A DNA stretch of 64,000 bases from an uncultured Planctomycetota bacterium (lineage in GTDB: Bacteria; Planctomycetota; Phycisphaerae; Tepidisphaerales; Tepidisphaeraceae): the NCBI GenBank assembly GCA_963841915.1, contig CAWJEN010000006.1, positions 320,001 through 384,000 of the forward strand, in the 5' to 3' direction. Under the pieces are notes generated by a model. That model worked only from the letters and a program-made list of their open reading frames with translations. It did no database searches and was not told where the DNA came from. Each line of letters begins with the position of its first letter. Position 1 is the stretch's first letter. Position numbers and translations under genes: made by a program. This document shows positions 40,701-48,953 of the stretch, piece after piece.

Positions 40701-41598
40701 GCGAAGCGATGACCTGCCACCCGACACCGAGTTCGCCGGTACTGCGATTCTACAGAAAGCGACGCTGGAGCCGGGTGTTCGGCTTGACGACGTGGTCGGC
40801 CGCGTGAGTGTCGGCGGTGTCTTTGCAAGCGGCGAGCTGCAGAGCCTGACGAGCGGGTTCGTGGCAGACACCTTCCTCGCCAGCGGTCGCCCGGGCCAAA
40901 CCTTGTCAGCCGACCTTCGCCTCGACAAAGAGCTCGGTGAGCTTCGGATCGAGAACATCACGGGCGGCGTGGCGGGTGGACTGCTCGAAGGCAATGCCTC
41001 CATCGGCTGGGCGGCGGTGGGTCAGGAAGATCTCCCGCAGCCCTTCGACGCCCGAATCCGCGTCGAACGCGTTGAGGTCCAACAACTACTCGGTGACGGC
41101 TTTGGTAACGGCAGCGTCTCGGCAGAATTGCAGCTCGGTGGCAACATCGGCGAGCCAGCTTCGAGGCGTGGCCGTGGGTCGCTGCGGGTCGTCGGGCGCG
41201 ACTTGTACTCGCTGCCGCTCGTTGTCGGGCTGCTGCAGGTGACGAACCTTGCTTTGCCAGGCAACCTTGCGATCAGCCGCGCCGGGGCCGAGGTCGCCAT
41301 TGACGGACAGCGGATGGTGCTGAGCGATCTGTCGATTTCAACCGGTGTGCAGAACGCAGAGAACGCGTTGCTCGTCGGTGGCGGTGAGTTCGATTACGAC
41401 AAGCGAACCTGGCGACTCTGGCTCCGGCCCGGTCGCGGCGGATGGGACAAGTTCCCGGTGCTCGGACCCTTCGCCGACTTCGCCCGCGGCGAACTGCTTG
41501 GCAGTGAGATCGGCGGAACGCTCGAAGAACCCGAAGTCCGCGCCGGGACGCTGCCGACCGTTCGGGCGACGCTCGACCGGACACTCAAAGACGAGTAG
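37732..41598 (+). CDS. Large AsmA/TamB-like envelope protein
   Basis: One N-terminal TM, about 1250 aa of Gly-rich beta-type sequence and C-terminal IGGTLEEPEV resembling AsmA-family ends. Confidence 0.65.
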   Translation: MNLLNVQRGPRDLFTATWRSSCPIRPRRGRLRRFVCLSLLGVLFFASVGYTYATDEQRVRRLAQTYLGRLLGAEVTVGEASLGLFEGLRLGDVELRTPAAAGLEDEDRLLFTARGVTIDYDPFALLVGRLTADRIVAVDPHVRLVENTRNGTWNAQKLGIVSRPRKEGAEPFRPPGELPAVVLRNARVDVLHRSSGGLTTQGGFGIEANLRPDLSVEHDGAEYAFDVQTRNMLAPDGNDLGGLGPRARGKLSIGGSDRSFDVAAELTDAEFNEILGLLPERVADWARRRGLTGEMSVPVLAYGYNPSAPRGKRTTFNVRADLTGGSATVLPDLWLGADEMQLRTNVADWLGQAATRLMVQPRLAARFATAAGEWQPKPICLDDARGSVTFTQAGIGEAMLSGELEGNRIILTALSEGYARDGEIKLRVRTPEDDPLQLPAVAPYLASMPRQVREVYDRFRPRGTAEFDFTIERPAGDPRIRATGEVRVLDGSFALDRLPYRLYDGRGTLDIVFDEATERHELRIERLTARGRPGSPNADTYVRVDGIIGPLERAPGFDIAVLARGVREEPDLVQALPPPIRRSVRLFDPDYHAVKKPGLPALDFRGDLNIRVVRPPGRDKRWTFDIGVRAASFSGAFEAFAYPIRNATAELEVREDGLTLTRSRLANAGGGSAGVAGELTWGSSLASGLDYDFTIAGSNLPLDDALRAALPDAAREAVRQLGLGGRSGVTATVRGNTQQPLGYDIQLDVTEGYVWPDGTMFAVQDTRGRVRLQPGLVTLTDITATRDGADVAMSGTIGLDESGTSALSVTAANAAVDAGLYDLLPVAARDAWDWLQPSGRADAAVTYRGPTAALLPQSEEAEAFDPSALAYDISLKPLGMEATPLGLPYPFGDIRGEIRITPGSVKLDGVTAGRRDADEGVAPTFRIDGTGDLSRIDAPAGLWRVGVKAGDLPVDDALKAALPNALREGVEAIALAGVVSLDMPRLTIKTRSDDLPPDTEFAGTAILQKATLEPGVRLDDVVGRVSVGGVFASGELQSLTSGFVADTFLASGRPGQTLSADLRLDKELGELRIENITGGVAGGLLEGNASIGWAAVGQEDLPQPFDARIRVERVEVQQLLGDGFGNGSVSAELQLGGNIGEPASRRGRGSLRVVGRDLYSLPLVVGLLQVTNLALPGNLAISRAGAEVAIDGQRMVLSDLSISTGVQNAENALLVGGGEFDYDKRTWRLWLRPGRGGWDKFPVLGPFADFARGELLGSEIGGTLEEPEVRAGTLPTVRATLDRTLKDE

Positions 41599-41607
41599 GT
41601 TGCGATC

Positions 41608-41988
41608 ATGTCACTGCTGGCCCTGCTGTTCGTCGCACTTGGTGGAGCGACGGGCGCGGTCACTCGCTATGCGACGGCGGAGCTTGCTGCACAGGTGCTA
41701 GGCCGAACCTGGGTGCCGGCGGCGACGCTGCTCGTCAATGTCATCGGCTGCCTGATCATCGGTATTGTCGCAGCACGGAGCGGACGCAGCGAGGCATCGT
41801 GGATCATCGACAACAAACCGCTCATTGCTGTCGGGTTTTGCGGAGCTTTGACCACGTTCAGCACGTTCGGGCTCGAGACGCTTGACATGCTGCAGCGTCG
41901 TCCGGTGCTGGCGGTCGCACTCGTGGCGGCACACGTTGTGCTGGGCGTGGCGGCGGTAGCGGTCGGCTTCAAGCTGGCGGCGGCGTGA
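41608..41988 (+). CDS. crcB: Fluoride efflux channel
   Basis: GGATGAVTRY, TLLVNVIG and GFCGALTTFSTF. Confidence 0.93.
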   Translation: MSLLALLFVALGGATGAVTRYATAELAAQVLGRTWVPAATLLVNVIGCLIIGIVAARSGRSEASWIIDNKPLIAVGFCGALTTFSTFGLETLDMLQRRPVLAVALVAAHVVLGVAAVAVGFKLAAA

Positions 41989-43051
41989 CGCGGTCGACCG
42001 CTTGCAGCACGGCTTCGACCGAGATCTGGCCGACGCAATACGGCGGCTTGCAGCGAACGTGCGGCGTTGTGCGGCGGTGCGGATAGTCGAAGCACGGCGC
42101 GCAGGTGGCGGGCGTCTGGACGACGAGGTGCCGGTAGCCGAACGGCGAGACTTCGTCAGGCCGGGCGGGACCGAACAGCGCGACGGGTGGCGTCCCGACC
42201 GCAGCGGCGAGATGGGCCAACCCGCTGTCGCTGCCGACGTACAGGTCGCAAACCGCCAGCACCGCCGCCGCCTCGTGCAACGGGCCGGCCAACGGCACCA
42301 GCGGCAGATCAACGTGCGAGCGGATCAAGTCTCCAACACCCGCGTCTTCCGGGCCTTCGAGCAGAATCGGCGTCAGGCCACGTGCCCGCAGCCGCGGCAC
42401 GAGGCGGGCGTACTGCTCGGGTGGCCAGCGCTTGCTGAGGGCAAAGACGGTCGCCCCGCTGCCGGCGTGGATCGCGCAGAGGCGCGGCCCTGGACCTGCG
42501 TCGTGCGGCGAAACGGCGGCCGAGAGCTGATGTTTCGCATTCTCCAGATCGCCGGCCGACAGCGGCAGCGTCGGAGGCATAGCGACGTCTGGCTCGATTG
42601 CGAGCGGCGGCAGCAAGTCGAGGTTCGTCAGCACGTCGTGACGTCCTTCGACCGTCGCGACCCGATTGCCGACGAGCCCGTGCAACGCCCTGACGCGGCC
42701 GACCGGGTACGTGTGCAGGACAACTCGTTTTGCATCGGCCAGGCAAGCGAGCAGCGAGTATTGCCAGCGATTGGACGGGTACGGCACGACCAGCAGATCG
42801 GCCTCGTATCGGCGGAGTTGCCGAAGCAAGCGGGCAAACTGCCTCGGCTCGTTGCCGAAGACTTCGACGCGGGTGACGTCATCGAGCCGCTCGAAGACGC
42901 CGGCGATGGATCGATTCCTCGCAAAGACGACGAGGTCCGCGCCGTCGTGAGCTGCGGCGAGCTGCCGAATCATCGGCTGGGCCATCAGCGCGTTGCCCAT
43001 GCCGGCCAGCACCGGCACCACGATACGACGAACAGCCGTGCGGTCATTCAC
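41969..43051 (-). CDS. Glycosyltransferase family 9
   Basis: GMGNALM, KRWP, DSGLAHLAAAVG and LFGP motifs. Confidence 0.88.
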   Translation of the reverse strand: MNDRTAVRRIVVPVLAGMGNALMAQPMIRQLAAAHDGADLVVFARNRSIAGVFERLDDVTRVEVFGNEPRQFARLLRQLRRYEADLLVVPYPSNRWQYSLLACLADAKRVVLHTYPVGRVRALHGLVGNRVATVEGRHDVLTNLDLLPPLAIEPDVAMPPTLPLSAGDLENAKHQLSAAVSPHDAGPGPRLCAIHAGSGATVFALSKRWPPEQYARLVPRLRARGLTPILLEGPEDAGVGDLIRSHVDLPLVPLAGPLHEAAAVLAVCDLYVGSDSGLAHLAAAVGTPPVALFGPARPDEVSPFGYRHLVVQTPATCAPCFDYPHRRTTPHVRCKPPYCVGQISVEAVLQAVDRVTPPPA

Positions 43052-43953
43052 CGCCGCTCGACGTCGAGGCAGAACGGCGCGACTTTGCGGAAGCCGCCCG
43101 TCCAGCCGTGCCCGCGATACAAGTCGTACAACGCCTGCAGCTTCGGGTACTTCCAAGGCAGGTGCTGCGGCTCACGTGCCTTGACTTCGGGCGTCGACAG
43201 CAAGCCCGCACAGTCGTCGTACGCCTGACCGGCTTCTTCCTTCATCTCGGCAGCGTCGGCATCGAAGTGCTCAGCGACGGCGGAAAAGACGTCGCTGCTG
43301 CTGGCACGCGTCAGCTCAAACTTCTCATCGAGCGACAGGTCGAACGTCAGCACCAGTCGCCCGCCCGGCTTGACGACGCGGGCCATCTCGGCCACGGCGT
43401 TGACGTAGTCGCCTGTGTGCTCGAGCACGCTCACGCACATCATCACGTCGAGCGAAGCGTCATCAAACGGCAGCTTCTGGACGGCGGCCTCCCGAAACGT
43501 CACCCGCTCGTGGCCGACGTTGCCGGCGACGGCCTTGAACATCGGCACGTACTTAGTGTTCGTGTCGACGCACGTGAACGAAGCACCTTCGAGCCGGTCG
43601 CACAAGTAGTAAGGCAAGAACGTCACGCCGCTGCCCGCGTCGCAGCAGGCAAGGTCGGTCCGCCCCGTCCGGGCAGCGTGGGCCAAGACCGAGCGGGCGG
43701 CGAATGGGTACTCCCACCGTCGCGACCACAGGTGCATGGGGTCTTCACCCCAGTGCCGGCCGTACCCGGCTAACGCGTCGGCGTGTGCCTTAAGAAAGTC
43801 GTCGCTGTACTGCTTGAAGTCGCGGTAGTACGCGACAGTCCGCAGCGCGTCGAGTTCGGCGAGTGTCGGCACACCCGCCCGCATGGCCGGAAGGTCCGCA
43901 AAGGCGGCTTGACTGTCGCCAGGGGTCAGTACGTCGGCCGGTGTCGTCGTCAC
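43048..43953 (-). CDS. Class I SAM-dependent methyltransferase
   Basis: DAGSG, LPFDDASLD, SVLEH and RVVKPGG motifs. Confidence 0.88.
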   Translation of the reverse strand: MTTTPADVLTPGDSQAAFADLPAMRAGVPTLAELDALRTVAYYRDFKQYSDDFLKAHADALAGYGRHWGEDPMHLWSRRWEYPFAARSVLAHAARTGRTDLACCDAGSGVTFLPYYLCDRLEGASFTCVDTNTKYVPMFKAVAGNVGHERVTFREAAVQKLPFDDASLDVMMCVSVLEHTGDYVNAVAEMARVVKPGGRLVLTFDLSLDEKFELTRASSSDVFSAVAEHFDADAAEMKEEAGQAYDDCAGLLSTPEVKAREPQHLPWKYPKLQALYDLYRGHGWTGGFRKVAPFCLDVERR

Positions 43954-43992
43954 GATGCAAGCTCGTTCGTCACGTCAAGAAGCTCCGGCAAG

Positions 43993-44065
43993 TACTCCCA
44001 AGGGGAGTCGAACCCCTGTTTCCGCCGTGAGAGGGCAGCGTCCTAGGCCACTAGACGATGGGAGC
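43993..44065 (-). tRNA. tRNA-Glu (anticodon CTC); CCA not encoded
   Basis: Reverse complement GCTCCCATCGTCTAGTGGCCTAGGACGCTGCCCTCTCACGGCGGAAACAGGGGTTCGACTCCCCTTGGGAGTA folds as a cloverleaf. Confidence 0.96.
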
Positions 44066-44114
44066 GTGGCGGCGGCTAGCATAGGCCACCGCTCCAGAGG
44101 GTCAAGACTATCCA

Positions 44115-44633
44115 TTATGGTGTCGCAGCCGACGCTTCCGCCTCACTGCCACCGGCAATAGCCTGCTTGAAAGCGCCCGCTGAAACACGTGCCGCTCGCG
44201 TCGGAATGGCCGACTCGATGATGACATAGTTCTCACCCGCACCCAGCGGGACGCGATCGACACTCAGCGCTCGTTTCGGCGTCGCCGCCATCTCGCCCAG
44301 TGTCCGCGCGCTGCCGAAGACGGCCAGGATCGGCTCGTTGGCTGCATCAAATCTGCCCCGCCTTGCCCCCGTGCCGAGCAACTCGCCGGGCTTGAGCTCC
44401 ATGGCCGGCAACTCGCTGATGGGCGTATCCATAGATCCCGAGGGCCGGACGGCTGCAAAGGTTCCAGGCGACATGAGGTGCGACTCGACATCCCCGCCCG
44501 ACTTATAGAACCACAACACGACAGGCTCGGACGCGTCGTTGTAGACGGTCATACTCACGTCGCTGGCTCGCGTGCCGCAACCGCCTAGCAGCAAGGCAAT
44601 CAACAGCCCAAGTGTGATCGGCAGACACGTCAT
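44115..44633 (-). CDS. Hypothetical lipoprotein
   Basis: Hydrophobic leader ending in lipobox LGGC. Confidence 0.7.
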   Translation of the reverse strand: MTCLPITLGLLIALLLGGCGTRASDVSMTVYNDASEPVVLWFYKSGGDVESHLMSPGTFAAVRPSGSMDTPISELPAMELKPGELLGTGARRGRFDAANEPILAVFGSARTLGEMAATPKRALSVDRVPLGAGENYVIIESAIPTRAARVSAGAFKQAIAGGSEAEASAATP

Positions 44634-44660
44634 GGACGACCTTACGACTGTGGTCAGGCA

Positions 44661-45689
44661 TCAGAAGATCGAGACCTTCACGCCTTCGCTTTCGACCTGC
44701 TCGACGAGTCGCTCTGCCGCCTTGAGCACGCGGCCCAGGATTAGCAGATCGTCACGCAGAGCCTGGTACGCCTGGGGGTCATTCAGCAGCATCGCCATGG
44801 TGCCTTCACCTTGATCAACTTTGGCAGCGATGGCATTGAAGCGGGCGAGCAGCGCGTCAGCCTGACGCATCCGGGCGACGGCGTCGTCGCTGAGCGTCTT
44901 GACGGTGCCGCGGGTGTCGTCGACGAGTGTCCGGACGCTGGCGGCGGCGGCTTTGGCGTCGCCGGTGATCTCGCTGGCGTCGGCCAAGACCGATTCGGCC
45001 TGATCGCCCAGCAGGTTGGCCCGCTCACCGAGCTTGCGATATTCCTCGGCCGCCAACGCCGCCTCCTCCGTCGCGCGGCGGGTGTTGACCACCGTCTCTT
45101 TCAGGTTGTCTCGAAACTCGCCGTCACCGGCGACGGCATTGACCGACTCGACCAGCTCACCCAACCGCTCGGCCTGCTCACGGATCGTCGCCGGCAGGTT
45201 CTGCTCACGCATCTCTGCCACCAGCCCGCGAATCTCTTCCGCCAAAGCGGGCAGCTCTTCCGGGATCAAACCGCCCGTGGGTGAACGGCCGGGAATCATC
45301 TCCGGCCCGTCAGACAGCTTGCCCGATGCCATATCGCCCTGGAGCGTGAGCTCGATGGCCGCACCGCCGCTGATGGGGTTGGTCGACTTGACCACACCTT
45401 CGACGTTGCTCGGCACGAAATCGTCCTGGAGCATGAGCACGACGTCGAACGCGATGCGCGACTCGTCGGGCGCGATCGAGGCGACTCGGCCGACGCTTTG
45501 GCCTCGATACGTGACGCGTGCGCCTTCGCTGAGCCCGTCGACGCGTGGCAGGCTGAGCCGTACGTCGTAGCCCGAACCGGCGGCGAGCCCGCCGAGCGTG
45601 CCGCCGAACTGCACGATCATCCAGCCCAGTGCCGCCAACGCCGCAAGGACGGTGACAGCGACGACCACATTGCTCTTGCCACTACCCAT
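44661..45689 (-). CDS. MlaD/MCE family protein
   Basis: N-terminal TM, GLSEGARVTYRGQSVGRV, helical region and GEGTMAMLLND. Confidence 0.88.
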   Translation of the reverse strand: MGSGKSNVVVAVTVLAALAALGWMIVQFGGTLGGLAAGSGYDVRLSLPRVDGLSEGARVTYRGQSVGRVASIAPDESRIAFDVVLMLQDDFVPSNVEGVVKSTNPISGGAAIELTLQGDMASGKLSDGPEMIPGRSPTGGLIPEELPALAEEIRGLVAEMREQNLPATIREQAERLGELVESVNAVAGDGEFRDNLKETVVNTRRATEEAALAAEEYRKLGERANLLGDQAESVLADASEITGDAKAAAASVRTLVDDTRGTVKTLSDDAVARMRQADALLARFNAIAAKVDQGEGTMAMLLNDPQAYQALRDDLLILGRVLKAAERLVEQVESEGVKVSIF

Positions 45690-45920
45690 AGGTCCCACAG
45701 TACGGTGCGGCCGACGCCTCAGCACTGCTCATGTTGAAGATGGGCAGACGTTACCGCCTGAACCATGCGGCGGGCAGAATGTGAAGGCGGAAACTCGTTT
45801 CAGAACTTCGCATCGCCCAAAGCGGGTGGGGTGGTTGGCGATCGGCCTGCGACAACTTAAAGTACCCGCTCGTACGGCGCGACCGCGGCGTTGTCGGCTT
45901 GGCACTGTGGCCGAACCGAT

Positions 45921-46089
45921 GGACGCCCTTGATGGCGCCGGGCCGCCGATCGGGGTCACGCCCGCCTGGCTTCCTTCGTGGAGCTTTGTCGGGATCATCC
46001 TGATGGGCACCCCCCAGGCCGAAGGGTTATCCCTTCCGCTCTAACCGGGGACAGGCTCGGGCCACACCTAACGCCTCAAGGGTTCGTCC
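45921..46089 (+). ncRNA. ssrS: Probable 6S RNA (strand tentative)
   Basis: About 170-nt intergenic rod. Closing stem GGACG-CCCTTGA-GGCG pairs with CGCC-TCAAGGG-CGTCC; inner GCCTGG/CCAGGC helix; GGAGC and GGCACC motifs; side hairpin GAAGGG-TTAT-CCCTTC. Confidence 0.6.
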
Positions 46090-46168
46090 GCACCGCCTCG
46101 CTGCGTCCGCGGGTCGTTGCCGTACGTTTCGCACAACTGGTCGACGCCTCGCGTATCCTCTACGCAGC

Positions 46169-46432
46169 ATGGCCCGCCGACCCGTCTTACACCACCGACG
46201 ACCCGCCGCCCTTGCAGGTGGGCTGCTCGCAATTGCCTTGTGCGGGCTCCTCGTCGGATGCACTTCGAACGGCGGACGTCTCGAAACCGGTTACCGCTAT
46301 CGGCCCATCGGTGCAACGACGTTCGAACGCCGCGCGTTCTACACCGACCGCTTCAGCGTCGAAGCTCGGCAGGCCGATGCCTACCGCACGGCCGAAGAGG
46401 CTGTCGGCCGCCCGCGCGTCGGCGGACGCTGA
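46169..46432 (+). CDS. Small hypothetical lipoprotein
   Basis: Basic N-terminus, hydrophobic core and lipobox LVGC. Confidence 0.65.
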   Translation: MARRPVLHHRRPAALAGGLLAIALCGLLVGCTSNGGRLETGYRYRPIGATTFERRAFYTDRFSVEARQADAYRTAEEAVGRPRVGGR

Positions 46433-46444
46433 GTCCTAGCTGCC

Positions 46445-47368
46445 ATGGATCTCCGCGACACGTCCATTACGACCGCCTTCATCCGCCAAGTGCGGCGACG
46501 GTGGGTCTTGCAAAACCTCCTCTTCTCTGCCTTGACCGGCGGTGTTGGCGGTGCTGCGGTTGGCCTGCTCGTGTCGGGTCGGCTCGCGCTCCTGACCAGC
46601 GTCGCGGGTGTTATTGTCGGCCTCGTCCTGGCCGAAAAGCCCTCCCTTGCCAGGACGGCGGATTATCTCGACACGCTCTGGAATCTGCCGCAAACGCTCG
46701 GCACGTTCTGCCGCGCTAAAGTTGAGTCGCGTCCGCTGCTGGCTAATGCGGCGGACCGGTGCATCTCCGGCCGAACGGACATCACGCTCCCACGCAACCC
46801 GCGCCCGCTGATCCTCGCGATGACGGCTGCCTTCGGGATGGGTGCTCTTGCAGGTACCGGCTACCTGCCGACATTTCCCTCTAATGGCGGAGGAACCGAG
46901 GCCGAATCCGGTGGCGAGAGCATCGTTAGCGGCCTGATCGGCGAAACGGCGTCGGCCCGGCCGTCGCTACTAAACCGCCGTGAAGGCGACGCTCGAGATT
47001 TGCGGCTTGCCGCGTCGAGTGACGTCGCCGCTGGGTCAGATCAGCAGACGCGTAACCCGGCGGCCGGTGACGGCAGCCAAGCCGTGACGACGACAGGCAC
47101 GAAGATGCTTGATAACGCCACCGCCGCGCCGCGACGTGTCGAAGGCACCGAGACCGGCGACATCGCACCGGCTTCGACCGGCGCAGCCATCGAAGACGGT
47201 GAGGCTTCGGCCAGCGGCATCGGCCGCGTTGCATCAGTTCGACCACGATCCGATCCGCCAGGCGAGGTGGAACTATTGCGAGATGGCTCTCGCGAGACGC
47301 CACCGGCGTGGGCTGATCTGCCGGTCCGCTACCACGCCGTCGCTCGTCGCTACTTTGCCGATGACTGA
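46445..47368 (+). CDS. Hypothetical membrane protein
   Basis: About 3 TM helices, low-complexity linker and C-terminal LPVRYHAVARRYF. Confidence 0.65.
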   Translation: MDLRDTSITTAFIRQVRRRWVLQNLLFSALTGGVGGAAVGLLVSGRLALLTSVAGVIVGLVLAEKPSLARTADYLDTLWNLPQTLGTFCRAKVESRPLLANAADRCISGRTDITLPRNPRPLILAMTAAFGMGALAGTGYLPTFPSNGGGTEAESGGESIVSGLIGETASARPSLLNRREGDARDLRLAASSDVAAGSDQQTRNPAAGDGSQAVTTTGTKMLDNATAAPRRVEGTETGDIAPASTGAAIEDGEASASGIGRVASVRPRSDPPGEVELLRDGSRETPPAWADLPVRYHAVARRYFADD

Positions 47369-47383
47369 GTAACGTCTCAGCCG

Positions 47384-47947
47384 TTACGCCTTTACCCAGT
47401 CTGGTGCCATGGCCTTGCCTTTCACGTTCTCGCCTTGCCCGCCATCGAGTGTGGCCAGGACGGCCTTCATGAAGTGGCCCAAGTCGTCGGGGTGACGCGA
47501 GGTGATGATCGGGCCGTCGACGACGCAGGCCTCGTCCACCCACTCGGCACCGGCGTTCCGCACGTCATCCACGATGCTGAAGAAACTCGTGCAGCGACGC
47601 CCCTTGAGCACGCCTGCCGTGCAAAGCATCCACGGACCGTGGCAGATCGCGGCCATCGGCTTGTCGAGCTGCCCCGCCTCCTTCACGAACCGCACCATGT
47701 GTTCGTCGCGACGCATGTGATCCGGGCTGCTGCCCCCGGGAATGATGATCAGGTCGTAGTCCGCGGCCTTGGCTTCCTTGCTTGGCACGTTCGCGCCTTG
47801 CTTCGTCCCATATTTGCCTTCGTAAGTAGGCCCTACGTCTGGGGCAATGACATCGACATCGTGCCCCGCCTCGATCAGGCGGAGGCGCGGGTAGTGCAAT
47901 TCGTTGTCTTCGAACAGCTTCTCAAGCAGGATTGCAACTTTTGGCAT
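47384..47947 (-). CDS. PfpI/DJ-1 family protein (type 1 glutamine amidotransferase-like)
   Basis: FEDNELHYP, IPGG, AAICHGPW and ITSRHPDD motifs. Confidence 0.92.
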   Translation of the reverse strand: MPKVAILLEKLFEDNELHYPRLRLIEAGHDVDVIAPDVGPTYEGKYGTKQGANVPSKEAKAADYDLIIIPGGSSPDHMRRDEHMVRFVKEAGQLDKPMAAICHGPWMLCTAGVLKGRRCTSFFSIVDDVRNAGAEWVDEACVVDGPIITSRHPDDLGHFMKAVLATLDGGQGENVKGKAMAPDWVKA

Positions 47948-48185
47948 GTGAGTCTAGGTAAACAGGAGGGGACGAACGGGACGAGGACTCTATCTAACAC
48001 CCTCGACCTGGCGGCCGTACTCGAAAATTTTGACTTGTCAAGGATTTTGTCCCTTTGCAAGTTGCGGTTTGTCGATCAGAGTTACAGGGGTCTCGTCGGA
48101 GGAACCCGTCCATGCCGTGCAAGGAATGGCAAGACGGTGCGACGACAGTTCGAACCTGCCCCCAACTCAGAAAAGTCCGGAGAAA

Positions 48186-48884
48186 ATGCGTCACAACCAA
48201 CCCCTTCACCTCGCCGCGGTCGCGGCCACTGTCTGCTTCGCTGTTGGTGCCGCTTCGAACACCGCCGAAGCTGTCGACGTCGAGGTGCAAATCACCGGTC
48301 TTGACCTGTTCTTCGGGTTTGAGAACCGGGGCAACATCCAGACGGGCCCCAGTGCTGGTGACGTCGACCAAGTCGAATCTGCCACCTTCTTTGTTGATGG
48401 TGTCCCGATCCAGACGATCGTCGGCAACATTGAGGCCAACATCGGCATTCCCGGTTTCGTCATTCCCGCCGCTGGTGGAACGGCCATGAACGAACTGGAG
48501 TTTGGCTACTTCAACATCGATTTCGATGCTGACACGGCCGGCTCGGGTTGGCTCGACCTGGACCTTGACGAGGCCTTCAACGTCACCGCCTTCTACACGG
48601 GCAACGAGCTGGGTATCAGCCTCTTCGGCACTGCCGATGCCCTTCAGTCGGCTCAACCGATCGCCCGCGTCCCCGGCTTCCCCGGCTTTGGACCCGACGA
48701 CACGATCACGTTCAGCTTCGTCAGCTCCAACCTGAGCAACGTCGAGCAGGACGGTCACGATCTGACGAAGTTCCGCGCGAGCGGCACCGGAAGCATCCAA
48801 GGCGGAAACGTCGTGCCTGAGCCGACCTCGATCGCGCTTGCCGGCATGGCCTCGGTGGCCCTGCTGCGTCGCCGCCGCGCTTGA
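48186..48884 (+). CDS. PEP-CTERM sorting domain protein
   Basis: Signal peptide and C-terminal VPEPTSIALAGMASVALLRRRRA. Confidence 0.93.
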   Translation: MRHNQPLHLAAVAATVCFAVGAASNTAEAVDVEVQITGLDLFFGFENRGNIQTGPSAGDVDQVESATFFVDGVPIQTIVGNIEANIGIPGFVIPAAGGTAMNELEFGYFNIDFDADTAGSGWLDLDLDEAFNVTAFYTGNELGISLFGTADALQSAQPIARVPGFPGFGPDDTITFSFVSSNLSNVEQDGHDLTKFRASGTGSIQGGNVVPEPTSIALAGMASVALLRRRRA

Positions 48885-48908
48885 GCTACATCTGAAACTC
48901 TCTCCCCG

Positions 48909-48936
48909 CCCGCCCGCACTTGTGCGGCGGGTTTTT
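48909..48936 (+). terminator. Rho-independent terminator
   Basis: GC-rich hairpin CCCGCCCGCAC-TT-GTGCGGCGGG followed by TTTTT, after the PEP-CTERM gene. Confidence 0.75.
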
Positions 48937-48953
48937 CGTGCGCCTCGATCGGC

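Noticed and set aside
43993..44065. tRNA-Glu as the integration site of an island carrying the rep/par modules
   Set aside because: I saw no integrase and no duplicated tRNA 3' end, and the flanking genes are ordinary envelope genes.
45921..46089. Structured RNA as SRP RNA or tmRNA
   Set aside because: GAAGGAAGC on the - strand only partly resembles the SRP core, and there are no tRNA-like ends or tag ORF. Size and shape fit 6S better.
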